From Candidatus Poribacteria bacterium (GTDB lineage: Bacteria > Poribacteria > WGA-4E > PCPOR2b), in the NCBI GenBank assembly GCA_965116925.1, contig OZ220744.1, forward strand, positions 960,001 to 1,024,000: a stretch of DNA of 64,000 bases, written 5' to 3'. Shown here piece by piece: positions 1-10,393 of this stretch. The notes beneath the pieces were generated by a model. It saw only the letters and a list, made by a program, of their open reading frames with translations. It searched no databases and had not been told where the DNA came from. How positions within the stretch are numbered: the first letter of the stretch is position 1; every line of letters starts with the position of its first letter. Made by a program: the position numbers and the translations under genes.

Positions 1-1115
1 ACTTTCGAGGCTACGCTTATGAACTCAAAGGTAATATTGATCGTGCCATTGTAGACTACGACAAAGCCATACAATTTAAAAACAATTATGCTGAAGCCTA
101 TGGCAATCGTGGTGTGGCTTACGGAAAAAAAGGAGATTTTGACCGCGCCATCGAAAACTTGAACAAAGCGATAGAACTTAAACCAAATCTTGCTGAAGCT
201 TATAACAGTCGCGGCATTGTCTACGACAATAAAGGCGAGGTTGACCGAGCTATCGCAAACTATACTGAGGCGATAAAACTGAAGCCGGACTATGCAGAAG
301 CCTATAACAATCGTGGAGTGACTTACGGCAACAAAAATGAGCATGAGCGGGCTATCTTAGACCTTAGCAAGGCAATGGAATTGAAACGAGGTTATGCCAT
401 CGCCTACAACAATCGAGGGGCTGTCTACCGCAGCAAGGGTGATTATGATCTTGCCATTGAAGACTGTAGCAGGGCAATACAACTCAAACCCGATTATGTT
501 GAACCCTATAGCAATCGCGGGGCTGCTTACCGCAACAAAGGCGATTATGACCTCGCTATTAAAGACTATAATAAAGCGATAGAACTCAACCAGAAGTTTT
601 TCAAAGCCTATCATAACCGTGGTATTGCTTACTATGAAAAAGGCGATTATGCCCGTGCTATTGAAGACTATACCACAGCGATAGAACTGAATCCGGACCT
701 TGCTGATGCCTACAGCAATCGCGGCAATGCTTATAAGAAAAAAGGCGATTATGCCCCTGCCATCGAAGACTATGACAAAGCGATAGAACTGAATCCGGAC
801 CTTGCTGAAGCCTATAACAATCGTGGTAGCACTTATAAGGAAAAAGGAGAGCTCAACCGTGCTATCGAAAACTATGACAAGGCGATAGAACTGAAATCTG
901 ATTTTGCCAAAGCCTATAACAATCGTGGTGAGGCATGGCTATACTTGAAAGAATGGGAGAAAGCTAAATTGGACTTGACCGTTGCCAAGGCGATGGGAGT
1001 AGATATCGTCACGGAGTTTTGTAATGACTACGAAAGTGTCCCCAACTTTGAGCAAAAGCATGGATTGAAGCTACCAGAAAACATCGCTGCAATGCTGATA
1101 CCATCCGGGGAATAA
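1..1115 (+). CDS. Tetratricopeptide repeat (TPR) protein, 5' partial
   Basis: 34-aa repeats (AYNNRG..Y...G.YD.AI.DY.KAI.L.P). The frame is open from base 3 (FRGYAYELKGNIDRAIVDYDKAI), so the gene begins upstream of the window. Confidence 0.95.
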   Translation, partial: FRGYAYELKGNIDRAIVDYDKAIQFKNNYAEAYGNRGVAYGKKGDFDRAIENLNKAIELKPNLAEAYNSRGIVYDNKGEVDRAIANYTEAIKLKPDYAEAYNNRGVTYGNKNEHERAILDLSKAMELKRGYAIAYNNRGAVYRSKGDYDLAIEDCSRAIQLKPDYVEPYSNRGAAYRNKGDYDLAIKDYNKAIELNQKFFKAYHNRGIAYYEKGDYARAIEDYTTAIELNPDLADAYSNRGNAYKKKGDYAPAIEDYDKAIELNPDLAEAYNNRGSTYKEKGELNRAIENYDKAIELKSDFAKAYNNRGEAWLYLKEWEKAKLDLTVAKAMGVDIVTEFCNDYESVPNFEQKHGLKLPENIAAMLIPSGE

Positions 1116-1190
1116 ACCTTTATCTCCTGTTTGAAGCCCACCCTCTAAAATGCTATCTGGGTGATTTCTCGATTTGTACCTGTTTACATC

Positions 1191-1227
1191 GTAGAGAAAC
1201 CGAGTTTTTCAGAAAAACTCGGTTTCT
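1191..1227. repeat. GTAG-led REP-like palindrome
   Basis: GTAG then AGAAACCGAGTTTTT-CAG-AAAAACTCGGTTTCT; the same palindrome is the core of the MITEs at 13827 and 57153. Confidence 0.8.
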
Positions 1228-1265
1228 TTTTGTCATCTTTTCACTCCAACCCATATTCAGTCGCT

Positions 1266-4040
1266 ATGACACTCCTTCATCCAGTCTGGCTGCTCCTGCT
1301 CATTCCCCTAATCATCTCCCTGCGTGTGTGGAAATTACCTTCCCGTCTCTTAGAGGGGCTCCGTATAGCGATATTAACCCTGATCCTGTTAGCGATGTGC
1401 GGGCTAGCTGTAAAATTGCCGAGCCGGACGGGCACGGTTGTTGTCGTGGCGGACAGAAGCCAGTCGATGCCTGCTGACAGCGAGACAAAGCAGAAAGAGG
1501 CGATCGACCTCATCCAAGGTGCCATGAGAAGCGATTCTAACCTTGCTGTCGTTTCCTTTGGCAGAGACGCTGCCATTGAACATTCCCCCCAAAGCGGAAA
1601 ATTCACCGGATTTGTCAACGAGGTTTCTGGTGACGCTTCCGACCTAAATAGTGCCATTGAGAAAGCGATGGCACTCATCCCACAAGACGCGCCCGGCAGA
1701 GTACTCCTGCTCTCTGATGGGAGATGGACAGGTAAAGACCCATCGGGCATAGCAGCGCAAGCCGCGGCGCGTGGCATTACCCTCGATTATCGCGCCATGC
1801 AGCGGGCTTCAGCAAATGATGTTGCCATTTCCCATATAGACGCACCGGAGACCGTCAACCCCGGCGAATCCTTCATGCTTGCGGCGTGGATACACGCGCC
1901 GGTTCCGAATGAAATTTCGTTTGAGTTGCTCCGTGCAAACCAACGTTTAGTAGCTGGCACGCGAAAAGTACCGTCCGGGTTGAGTCGTCTCATCTTTCGG
2001 GACAAGGCGATACAACCGGGAACACATCAGTACACCGTGCGAATCGGGGGGACCGAAGCCGATCCGGTGCTAGAGAATAATAGTGCAAAGATTCTGGTGG
2101 GTATTGAAGGATCACGTCCGATTTTGCATATTACTACTGGCTCCGATTCCGGACTGGCGCGCCTGCTACAGGCAGGTGGATTGGATATAAAAACCGCTCC
2201 ACCGTCCGCATTCCATTGGTCGCTCGATGAGTTGTCGGGATATTCCGCTGTGTTAATTGAGAATGTGTTGGCGGACGAGATTGGGCTTCACGGAATGGAG
2301 AACCTCGCTGTCTGGGTGAAGGAGACCGGGGCAGGATTCATGATGACGGGTGGAACACATGCTTACGGTCCGGGTGGCTATTTCCGTTCGCCGCTCGAAC
2401 CGATTATGCCGGTTTCAATGGAATTGCGGCGGGAGCATCGAAAGCTATCGCTCGCTATCGTAGTGGCGATGGATAGGTCTGGTAGCATGTCAATAGGGGT
2501 AGGAGGGGGCAGGACGAAAATGGACCTTGCAAACCTTGCCACGGCGGAGGTGTTTGATATGTTATCGCCGATGGATGAATTTGGTGTGGTTGCAGTTGAT
2601 AGTTCACCTCACATCATTGCAGAACTCGCTCCGGTTGAAAATCAATCGCATGTACAGAGCGATATTCTGAACATCGCCTCACAGGGCGGCGGGATCTTCG
2701 TCTACGAAGCACTTTCCACCGCAGCCAAGATGCTCCTTGACGCCCAAGCCGGCACCCGGCATATTATCCTCTTTGCAGATGCCGCTGATTCAGAGCAACC
2801 CGGACGATACCGCGAGCTCCTTGAAGAATGCCGAAAAGCCAACATCACTGTTAGTGTTGTCGGATTGGGCACATCCAGTGATGTTGATGCCGCATTACTG
2901 CAGGACATCGCCTACCGCGGCCAGGGACGCTGTTTTTTCACCGAAAATGCCCAAGAGTTACCGCGTCTGTTTGCCCAAGATACCTTCGTTGTAGCACGTA
3001 GCACATTTATTGACGAACCGACCACTGTTCGGACGACGGGCGGCATGGTTTCATTGACCGGTAGAGGTTATCAGATCCCATCTCCAATCGGTGGCTACAA
3101 TCTCTGCTATCTTCGTCCCGACGCAAATCTCGCCGCCGTGACGGTAGATGAGTACGAAGCACCGTTTGTGGCAGCGTGGCAGGCTGGGATTGGACGGGTC
3201 CTCTGCTATACGGGAGAAGCGGATGGGGCACATACGGGTCCCATTGCAGGTTGGAAGGATATTGGCAATTTTCTCACAAGTCTTGTCCGTTGGACAGGGG
3301 GCGATTTTGGGAACCTGCCCAGTGAGATGTTGGTGACACAGAGGGTCAAAAATGGAATCAATGTGGTGGAACTTCATCTGGATCCAGAGCGGGAGGGGGA
3401 GGTTTTTAGGGAATTGCCGACTGTGACGGTGCTCCGAGGCGTTGTCGGAGAAAAACCGACTGTTAAGAAAACCAAGCTATCTTGGACATCTGCTGATACA
3501 CTTGCAGTAGATATCCCAATCCACGGCAGTGAAACGGTACTGACGACGGTGGAGATACCGGGCGGTGGAAATATATCGCTGTCCCCTATCTGTCTGCCGT
3601 ACTCACCAGAATTCAAACCTGCTCACACAGAGTCGGGACTTGCGACGCTGGAACGACTTGCAAAAGTGACCGACGGGAAGCAACGAATTAATCTGGGAGA
3701 AATCTGGGGTGACTTACCACAACAGCCGCATCTGATCTCGGTCCAGCCGTGGCTACTGATTGTGGCACTCCTCCTGCTGCTTCTCGAAACGTTAGAACGC
3801 CGCACGGGGTTGCTATCTATGAGACATGGCCGGCGGTTTGTAGAATCAGTGTCGCAACGCATACGGAGGAAAGAGCGGGCAGTGGCTCAAGTTACCGTGC
3901 CATCTTCCGAAGAGGAAATGGAATCGCCTACGCCCGAGGAACCGGAAAAACCTGAAGTGTCTTCCGATCGGGATGGAATGCTTGACGCTTTAAGTCAGGC
4001 GCGAAGGCGTGCCAGCGGACGAACGGGACGCGAGAGGTAA
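1266..4040 (+). CDS. Membrane-anchored double von Willebrand A (vWA) domain protein with glutamine amidotransferase-like domain
   Basis: BatA-like N-terminal TM (HPVWLLLLIP), MIDAS motifs DRSQS and DRSGS, LLSDG, C-terminal TM. Start set at ATG 1266 because the upstream extension crosses a REP. Confidence 0.85.
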   Translation: MTLLHPVWLLLLIPLIISLRVWKLPSRLLEGLRIAILTLILLAMCGLAVKLPSRTGTVVVVADRSQSMPADSETKQKEAIDLIQGAMRSDSNLAVVSFGRDAAIEHSPQSGKFTGFVNEVSGDASDLNSAIEKAMALIPQDAPGRVLLLSDGRWTGKDPSGIAAQAAARGITLDYRAMQRASANDVAISHIDAPETVNPGESFMLAAWIHAPVPNEISFELLRANQRLVAGTRKVPSGLSRLIFRDKAIQPGTHQYTVRIGGTEADPVLENNSAKILVGIEGSRPILHITTGSDSGLARLLQAGGLDIKTAPPSAFHWSLDELSGYSAVLIENVLADEIGLHGMENLAVWVKETGAGFMMTGGTHAYGPGGYFRSPLEPIMPVSMELRREHRKLSLAIVVAMDRSGSMSIGVGGGRTKMDLANLATAEVFDMLSPMDEFGVVAVDSSPHIIAELAPVENQSHVQSDILNIASQGGGIFVYEALSTAAKMLLDAQAGTRHIILFADAADSEQPGRYRELLEECRKANITVSVVGLGTSSDVDAALLQDIAYRGQGRCFFTENAQELPRLFAQDTFVVARSTFIDEPTTVRTTGGMVSLTGRGYQIPSPIGGYNLCYLRPDANLAAVTVDEYEAPFVAAWQAGIGRVLCYTGEADGAHTGPIAGWKDIGNFLTSLVRWTGGDFGNLPSEMLVTQRVKNGINVVELHLDPEREGEVFRELPTVTVLRGVVGEKPTVKKTKLSWTSADTLAVDIPIHGSETVLTTVEIPGGGNISLSPICLPYSPEFKPAHTESGLATLERLAKVTDGKQRINLGEIWGDLPQQPHLISVQPWLLIVALLLLLLETLERRTGLLSMRHGRRFVESVSQRIRRKERAVAQVTVPSSEEEMESPTPEEPEKPEVSSDRDGMLDALSQARRRASGRTGRER

Positions 4041-4096
4041 TGTGTATTTGACATCTCTCTACTTATCCTGAAAAATAAGAAGGTAATCAAAACTGT

Positions 4097-4969
4097 ATGA
4101 ATGAAAGTTACCGACGATATCTCATAGATGGTGAACGTGCGGGTGCCCGATACGCCTTGGCAGTGCCACGCAGTATCCCCTTCGGGACCGCTGGCAGTCA
4201 AATGGGCAAGCGTCCCGGCAGTTCCCTGGAATTTATCGATCACCGTGAATACCAGCCGGGCGACGACCTGCGTCGAATCGACTGGGGTGGCTTCGCACGG
4301 AGCGATAAATTAACCGTCAAACTATACCGGGATGAAGTCAATCCGCATCTGGATGTCGTCATTGACGGTTCATGTTCCATGGCACTTGAAGCGAGCCCCA
4401 AGGCACAAGCGACACTCGGGTTAGCGGCAGTCTTTGCGACTGCGGCATCAAATGTCGGATACTCTCACACCGCTTGGGTTGCGGGTGATGGGTGTCGGCA
4501 GGTAGTCAATGGCGCAGATCGACCGTCAATTTGGGACGAGATCGATTTTAACTACCGTGGAGCCCTTTTAACATCATTGGTTAAACTCCCTCCGTCGTGG
4601 CGTCCATTTGGGTTGCGTGTGTTGCTCAGTGACCTACTCTGTCCCGGGGATCCATTAACAGTGTTAGCTCAATTTGCCGAGCGGGCGACAGCAGTCGTTG
4701 TGGTGCAGGTCTTAGCGGAGATTGACGTGAATCCAACCGAACGCGGTAACATCCGACTCATTGATTCAGAGACGGAGACGGTGCAAGAGATTTTCGTGGA
4801 TGCCGCTGCTGACAAACGGTATCGCGATGCGTTTGCCCGTCATCAGGAAAGTTGGCATCTCGCCGCGAAACAGACGGGGGCGATTATGACGGCGGTCATC
4901 GCAGAGCAAATATTGAGTGACTGGCGCCTGGAAGCATTGGCTGCGGCAGAGGTACTCACTATTACATGA
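4097..4969 (+). CDS. DUF58 domain protein (MoxR-associated)
   Basis: G.S.EF.DHREYQPGDDLRRIDW...AR motif, D.S.SM, LLSD. Confidence 0.92.
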   Translation: MNESYRRYLIDGERAGARYALAVPRSIPFGTAGSQMGKRPGSSLEFIDHREYQPGDDLRRIDWGGFARSDKLTVKLYRDEVNPHLDVVIDGSCSMALEASPKAQATLGLAAVFATAASNVGYSHTAWVAGDGCRQVVNGADRPSIWDEIDFNYRGALLTSLVKLPPSWRPFGLRVLLSDLLCPGDPLTVLAQFAERATAVVVVQVLAEIDVNPTERGNIRLIDSETETVQEIFVDAAADKRYRDAFARHQESWHLAAKQTGAIMTAVIAEQILSDWRLEALAAAEVLTIT

Positions 4970-5184
4970 ATGACACTGATGACAAAGACATTAGGAATTA
5001 TACCCAATTTGTGCGCTGTAAGGCTATCGGTAAGCAATTCGGAGGGTATGATATAGATGATGCGGTTGAACCGTTTCTACTTTGAAACCGGGGACTTTTA
5101 TTGTCGAAATTTCTAAATAAAAGCTTGGGAATATCTTTTTTCTGCAAAAAATGTGAATTTCCGGTTGACGAGTATCCCTAAATG

Positions 5185-5214
5185 TTGGCAAACAACGAAT
5201 ATATTGTGTATAAT
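5185..5214 (+). promoter_or_regulatory. Sigma-70-type promoter of the TonB-dependent receptor
   Basis: TTGGCA-18 bp-TATAAT upstream of the receptor start. Confidence 0.55.
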
Positions 5215-5220
5215 ATAAAT

Positions 5221-5265
5221 AATATGCCTGTATATTGTATACTATACGCAATATACAGGCATATT
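5221..5265. promoter_or_regulatory. Perfect 17-bp inverted repeat (operator or 5' UTR hairpin)
   Basis: AATATGCCTGTATATTG-11 nt-CAATATACAGGCATATT immediately after the -10 box. Confidence 0.6.
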
Positions 5266-5388
5266 GCCTATTAGTGGGAACGAGAGAATTAAGCCATCAT
5301 CTATTAACTACGATTATTGGCAGGTTTATGATATGCTGCTGATCAAAGCAGCTACCAACAACATTACCTAAATAGAGGAGGTAATATA

Positions 5389-8300
5389 GTGAAACAATTG
5401 AAGCAACGCGGTGTCTTGTTATTAGCCTTGGTTGCCGTTTTCTCTGTCGCTGCGGTGTCGGTGCACGCCGCCACCTTGAATGTTACAGTGATGGATGCCC
5501 AAGCCGGTGAAAAACTGGAAGGTATTTCCATCACCGTCATGTCCCAAGCCGGTGCTTCCACTGAAGGTATCAGCGATGCATCCGGTATGCTCGAAATTAC
5601 AGATTTGGCTGCCGGTGTCTACACGATATCCGCATCTGCCCCCGGTTATGCCGATAAGACCATGGCAAATGTTGAGCTTGTTGCCGACGGAACCACATCG
5701 GTGGAAATTGCTCTCTCTTCAGAGATTATTGAATTGGATCAAGTTTCCGTTTCGGCCTCGCGCCGCCGGGAAAAGGTGCTTGAAGCCCCGGCGTCGGTCG
5801 CGCTTGTTAGTGCTTCGGAAATCAAAGACCGTGTCGCACCAAGTGTCACCGAACACTTGAAGTCGGTGCGTGGGGTGGATGTCGTGAATACTGGCATAGG
5901 TACAGCGCAGGTTGTCGTCCGCGGCTTCAACAACGTTTTTTCGGGTACACTGCTCTCGCTCGTTGATAACCGCATCGCTCGTGTTCCCTCTCTACGGCTC
6001 AATGCCTACACCCTCATCCCAACCTCAAGCGAGGATATTGAACAGATTGAAGTCGTCTCGGGACCCGGTTCGGCGCTGTACGGTCCAAACAGTGCCAACG
6101 GCGTCATGCACATCCTCACCCGCTCGCCGTTTAACTCGCAAGGGACAACTATCAGCATTGGAGGTGGCGAGCGGAGTGTGATGCTCGGATCGCTTCGACA
6201 TGCCGGCGTTATCAATGAAACTCTCGGCTATAAACTTTCAGTCAACGGTTTCCGAGGAAATGATTGGGAAGAGGGACGGTCAACAGAAGACCTTGAAGGC
6301 CCAGGGGAACCGGTCTTTGACACATACAGAGCGGGAGGCGAAGCTCGCGTGGATTATAAGCCCAACGATGATCTGATGGCGATTTTTGCCTTCGGCGGCA
6401 CGCAAACCACCGGTACGGAACTGACTGGGCTCGGTGCCGGTCAAGCTAAAAACTGGCGTTACATGTACGGCCAAACGCGATTCATTTACAAAGACCTTTT
6501 CGCGCAATTCTTTGTGAATAGTAGCGATGCGGGGGATACCTATACCCTTCGGGATGGTCTACCAGTTGTTGATAAATCCGACCTGTATGTCGGGCAGCTT
6601 CAACACGGTTACAGCCTTGGAGAACGTCAACGCTTTACATACGGTGCAGATCTGTTGATGACCCGGCCCGAGACCGAGGGCACCATTAATGGGCGTAATG
6701 AGGACAGCGACAACATCACTGAGATCGGTGGGTACTTGCAGTCGGAAACCAAGCTCACTTCGCAGTTAAAGTTCATCCTCGCCGGACGGGCTGACAACCA
6801 CAGCCACCTCAACGATATAGTCCTTTCACCGCGTGCCGCGCTTGCATTCCAACCCAACGACGACCATAACTTGAGGCTTACCTATAACCGTGCTTTCAGT
6901 ACGCCCAGCACCTCCAACCTTTTCCTTGACCGGCTGGCAGCTCCAGACGCGTACGGGTTAGGCAGCAATTTTGAACCAATCTTAGGGTTCAGCCCTAATA
7001 TTGATATACGTGCACAGGGGCCCGGTAGTGACACAGGATTGACCTTCAAAAGGGATGCAGCTGGACGGCCGCTGTTTCGGTCTCCCTTCTCACCGGTAGC
7101 AGAGCTGCCAGCAGACACCGCACTTCCCCTTGATGACCCGACTGCTACCAACCTGATGTGGGGCATCGGGCGAGGAGCTGTCATGGCTGGCGTACAGCCG
7201 GTTTTTGAAGCCGCAGTGAAGCAAACCATACAGCAAACCTTCACCCCACAGGCATTGCCACAGGTTATTGCAACGCTGCCTCCAGAGACGCTTCAAGGAG
7301 TAGCAACACAAGCACTTGCAACGCTGCCACCACAGGCGCTGCAGGGATTACCGCCGGAATTCGCTCCATTGCTGCAACCGGGGGCGATTGCTGCAATGCC
7401 ACCCGAACAGCTTCAGCAGATAGTGCCACAAGTGCTTCAGGCACTACCGCCGCAGGTAGTACAAGGTCTTGCTGCCTCTCTTGCCGCATCTACAGAGGCA
7501 GAAATTCTTGCCGGGTTTGCTAATCTCGTCCCTGAACAGGTAGATGGGGTGAAAAATGTCCTACGTAGCGTTAATCCAGAGACCGGCGAGTTTATTGATG
7601 TTGAAGATGTCAATGACGTTGACCCGCTTAAGCCGACGATAACACAGACGTATGAAGTCGGCTACAAAGGGATTCTCATGAACAAGTTGGCTTTTTCCGC
7701 CGATGTCTATCACACAAGAATTAAGGATTTCGTCGGTCCCTTGGTCGTTGAAACCCCGAATGTATTCTTGGATTCGGAGACATTAAGTGCCTTCCTGGGA
7801 CAGCACTTCACGGCGGCGTTAAGCGATCCAAAAAATGCTACGCTCAATCAGGCGTTGCTTGCGTTTGATGCGCCTGCTCAAGGGGGTAACGGCAACGGTT
7901 CGGCTGTTGATGAGTTGACAAAGTTGTTTGTGGCTGGCACCGAGAACAACGGGCCCGCTTTCATCCCCTTTGGTACGGTGACCCCCGAGCAGGCATCGGA
8001 TCCAAACGCGGTTCTGCTGACCTATCGCAACTACGGTGATATCTCCCTTAACGGGTTGGATTGCAGCTTGACCTATTACCTCAATCCGAGTTTGAGCATC
8101 GGCGGGAATTACTCGTTCGTCAGCAAGGACCTATTCGAAACCGATCTCAGGGAAATCGCCCTGAACGCGCCTAAGAATAAATTCGGAGCAAACGTTCAAT
8201 ACATCAACACCAATCTAGGGTTGGGGGCGGGGGCCCGGGTGAATTTTGTGGCTGGCTTCCCTGTGAATTCAGGCGTTTACATCGGTGAGGTCGAATCGTA

Positions 8301-8460
8301 TTATACGATTGACTTAAGCGCGGGCTATGACATACCGTTTGGTCCGAGCCCTCGCCTGTCGCTGACAGTCCAAAATGTGCTGAATAATATGTATCAGCCA
8401 TTCATCGGTGCCCCAGAGATTGGGCGTTTGTCGCTAGTGCGTCTGACGCAAACATTCTAA
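5389..8460 (+). CDS. TonB-dependent outer membrane receptor with N-terminal carboxypeptidase regulatory-like domain
   Basis: Signal peptide, plug motifs (VVVRGF, LVDNR, IEQIEVVSGPGSALYG..S.NGV), barrel strands, C-terminal Phe; RBS GAGGAGG before GTG. Confidence 0.95.
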   Translation: MKQLKQRGVLLLALVAVFSVAAVSVHAATLNVTVMDAQAGEKLEGISITVMSQAGASTEGISDASGMLEITDLAAGVYTISASAPGYADKTMANVELVADGTTSVEIALSSEIIELDQVSVSASRRREKVLEAPASVALVSASEIKDRVAPSVTEHLKSVRGVDVVNTGIGTAQVVVRGFNNVFSGTLLSLVDNRIARVPSLRLNAYTLIPTSSEDIEQIEVVSGPGSALYGPNSANGVMHILTRSPFNSQGTTISIGGGERSVMLGSLRHAGVINETLGYKLSVNGFRGNDWEEGRSTEDLEGPGEPVFDTYRAGGEARVDYKPNDDLMAIFAFGGTQTTGTELTGLGAGQAKNWRYMYGQTRFIYKDLFAQFFVNSSDAGDTYTLRDGLPVVDKSDLYVGQLQHGYSLGERQRFTYGADLLMTRPETEGTINGRNEDSDNITEIGGYLQSETKLTSQLKFILAGRADNHSHLNDIVLSPRAALAFQPNDDHNLRLTYNRAFSTPSTSNLFLDRLAAPDAYGLGSNFEPILGFSPNIDIRAQGPGSDTGLTFKRDAAGRPLFRSPFSPVAELPADTALPLDDPTATNLMWGIGRGAVMAGVQPVFEAAVKQTIQQTFTPQALPQVIATLPPETLQGVATQALATLPPQALQGLPPEFAPLLQPGAIAAMPPEQLQQIVPQVLQALPPQVVQGLAASLAASTEAEILAGFANLVPEQVDGVKNVLRSVNPETGEFIDVEDVNDVDPLKPTITQTYEVGYKGILMNKLAFSADVYHTRIKDFVGPLVVETPNVFLDSETLSAFLGQHFTAALSDPKNATLNQALLAFDAPAQGGNGNGSAVDELTKLFVAGTENNGPAFIPFGTVTPEQASDPNAVLLTYRNYGDISLNGLDCSLTYYLNPSLSIGGNYSFVSKDLFETDLREIALNAPKNKFGANVQYINTNLGLGAGARVNFVAGFPVNSGVYIGEVESYYTIDLSAGYDIPFGPSPRLSLTVQNVLNNMYQPFIGAPEIGRLSLVRLTQTF

Positions 8461-8534
8461 TCAATCAAGCCATTCTGGTAGGTCGAGATTCACATCTCGA
8501 CGAAATACTAGAAATAACTGCATCTTGTAGATAG

Positions 8535-8612
8535 AAAAAAACGCCTTGATATCGCCACTCATCTGACTTTGAAGCAAGCCGAGTCGTGATGATTGAATCA
8601 GGGCGTTTTTTT
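8535..8612. terminator. Putative bidirectional intrinsic terminator between convergent genes
   Basis: AAAAAAACGCCTTGAT ... ATCAGGGCGTTTTTTT long-loop inverted repeat with A and T tracts on each side. Confidence 0.55.
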
Positions 8613-8621
8613 ATGCCGTGT

Positions 8622-10232
8622 TTAGAGATTCCGGTCAAGTTGTAGGGCGAGCCAGTAGGGGTAAGTTTCATCTCGGTACGTCAGTTCAAGGTTCACCTTC
8701 CGAATCTCGCTCGGTTGAGGCACGACACCCGGGGGTTTCTTGCTAGTGGGCTTGAGCGTGAAAGTCAACGTGTTGCGTCCTTTTTTCAGCAGTTCCGGCG
8801 CAATCCTTGCCTCTATATGACAACCGGGCTTGTCCTCCGGGTGGTCCGTAATTGTAAGAGGCGTGGTGATGGATTGTTCGGGTCCAACAGCGACCTTCTG
8901 ACCATTGACCTGCAGCTCAATATCGGCTGGCGTCATTAGTTCGGTGATGTTGAGAAGCAGCCTAGCGTACACCGGTTGACCCTCAGCAAGTGTGGCGGCA
9001 AGGTCATCGGGAACGTCAATCTCCATTTCAGCTTTGCCTCCTTCGCTGTGATATCCCAATTCCAACGGTAGGGCTAGTTGGTAGATGTAAACTTTGTTGG
9101 CATAGCGGAGCCGTTCTGGATCGCCCAGTTCTCGGTAAACCTCCCACTGTAGGTCAAAAAAGCGGATCACATAATCGTAAAAGAATATGCCATCTGCCCC
9201 CTGTTCGTAGAGCCGGTGGGCAATTCCTCTGTGTTCGAGGTGCTGCGTCAGGTGTGCCGGATAGCCATTTATCAATCCACCTCGGCGGAACTTGAAGAAG
9301 CCGGGTTTGCCCGCTCCCGCGACGAGGCGACAACTTGTTCCCTCAACTACCCGGTACCATGCCGAGATGTCCATCTCATAGAAACTAATTGTGCGACAAT
9401 GTGCGATCAGCACGTCTAGCAAGTCTTCTTGAATCCAGGTGCGTATATCCAACCCCTCAGCAAAATGACACTGGATATCGTCTTGCGAGCTTTCGTGCAC
9501 CTCCGCTTTTCCTGCCTCGGGCGTCAGTTCCAGTCCTTTCTCCTTCCAGATTGAGTCCCGTGAGTATAACTGCGCTGACAGTCCCAGATATTTCCCCTTC
9601 TTCTCACCTACCTCGTCCAGCATTGCGCGGACATCTCGCACATGCTGGTTCATGATTTCACGTCCTTGAACCTCTTCCCCTGCATTGAAGTAGGGACCGA
9701 TACGGGTGTAGTCTAGATCGAGTCCGTCAATATCGTAATTCTCCGCAACCTCACGCAAGAATGCCAGATTCTGTGCGGCAATCTCCGGCTTATTCCAATC
9801 ATAGATCGGGGAGACTTGGGCGTCGCGTTTCGATTTCAGTCGTAGTTGTGGATTCTCTCTGTAGAACTTAGTCTGATACCTATCAAATTCGAGCACACTA
9901 TATGTGTGATGACCGTCATTCATCCGGCGACTGCCCCAAGCCTGAATGCCACAGCGGTGACACTCATCCACAAAGACAGCCATGGGATCCATACCCGCCT
10001 CGACCCAAGCCTGCTGCGTTTCCCACATTTCAAGGACATCCGATTTCTGGAAAGCTCTGATCACACCGAGGCACCGCTGCAGGATTCCTACGTGCGAACC
10101 CTCAAAGCACTGAACAAGAGAGCGAATTTGCCGTTCAGCCTGCTCAGGGCTACAGGGCGTTTCCCCGGCATCGTAGGTAGCAATGAGTCTCTGTCGCTCC
10201 CGTAAGGGAATTAGCCCTTGACGATTTAACAT
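8622..10232 (-). CDS. Putative glycoside hydrolase-like TIM-barrel protein (GHL10-like)
   Basis: RMND.HH, YDIDGLDLDY.R and GADGIFFYD motifs; C-terminal beta-sandwich-like region; RBS AAGGAGG. Confidence 0.6.
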   Translation of the reverse strand: MLNRQGLIPLRERQRLIATYDAGETPCSPEQAERQIRSLVQCFEGSHVGILQRCLGVIRAFQKSDVLEMWETQQAWVEAGMDPMAVFVDECHRCGIQAWGSRRMNDGHHTYSVLEFDRYQTKFYRENPQLRLKSKRDAQVSPIYDWNKPEIAAQNLAFLREVAENYDIDGLDLDYTRIGPYFNAGEEVQGREIMNQHVRDVRAMLDEVGEKKGKYLGLSAQLYSRDSIWKEKGLELTPEAGKAEVHESSQDDIQCHFAEGLDIRTWIQEDLLDVLIAHCRTISFYEMDISAWYRVVEGTSCRLVAGAGKPGFFKFRRGGLINGYPAHLTQHLEHRGIAHRLYEQGADGIFFYDYVIRFFDLQWEVYRELGDPERLRYANKVYIYQLALPLELGYHSEGGKAEMEIDVPDDLAATLAEGQPVYARLLLNITELMTPADIELQVNGQKVAVGPEQSITTPLTITDHPEDKPGCHIEARIAPELLKKGRNTLTFTLKPTSKKPPGVVPQPSEIRKVNLELTYRDETYPYWLALQLDRNL

Positions 10233-10393
10233 GGACGCCTCCTTTATATATTTGACTCATATCAGGATAGAGTGCAAAATACGAATGCCGTGAAACGTGA
10301 TGCGTGAAACGTGAAAAACATATATTCATTGGTGCAGTTGGGCTAGGGAGTCCCAATTCTGTTGCACAATTTCTTAACATCAGTCAATATCGA

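Noticed and set aside
1161..1265. N-terminal extension of the vWA ORF (also the extension at 45750-45899)
   Set aside because: Both extensions run through REP palindromes; downstream ATGs give family-typical starts.
5266..5388. Cobalamin or TPP riboswitch before the TonB receptor
   Set aside because: Conserved riboswitch boxes are not recognisable by eye; an Rfam search would settle it.
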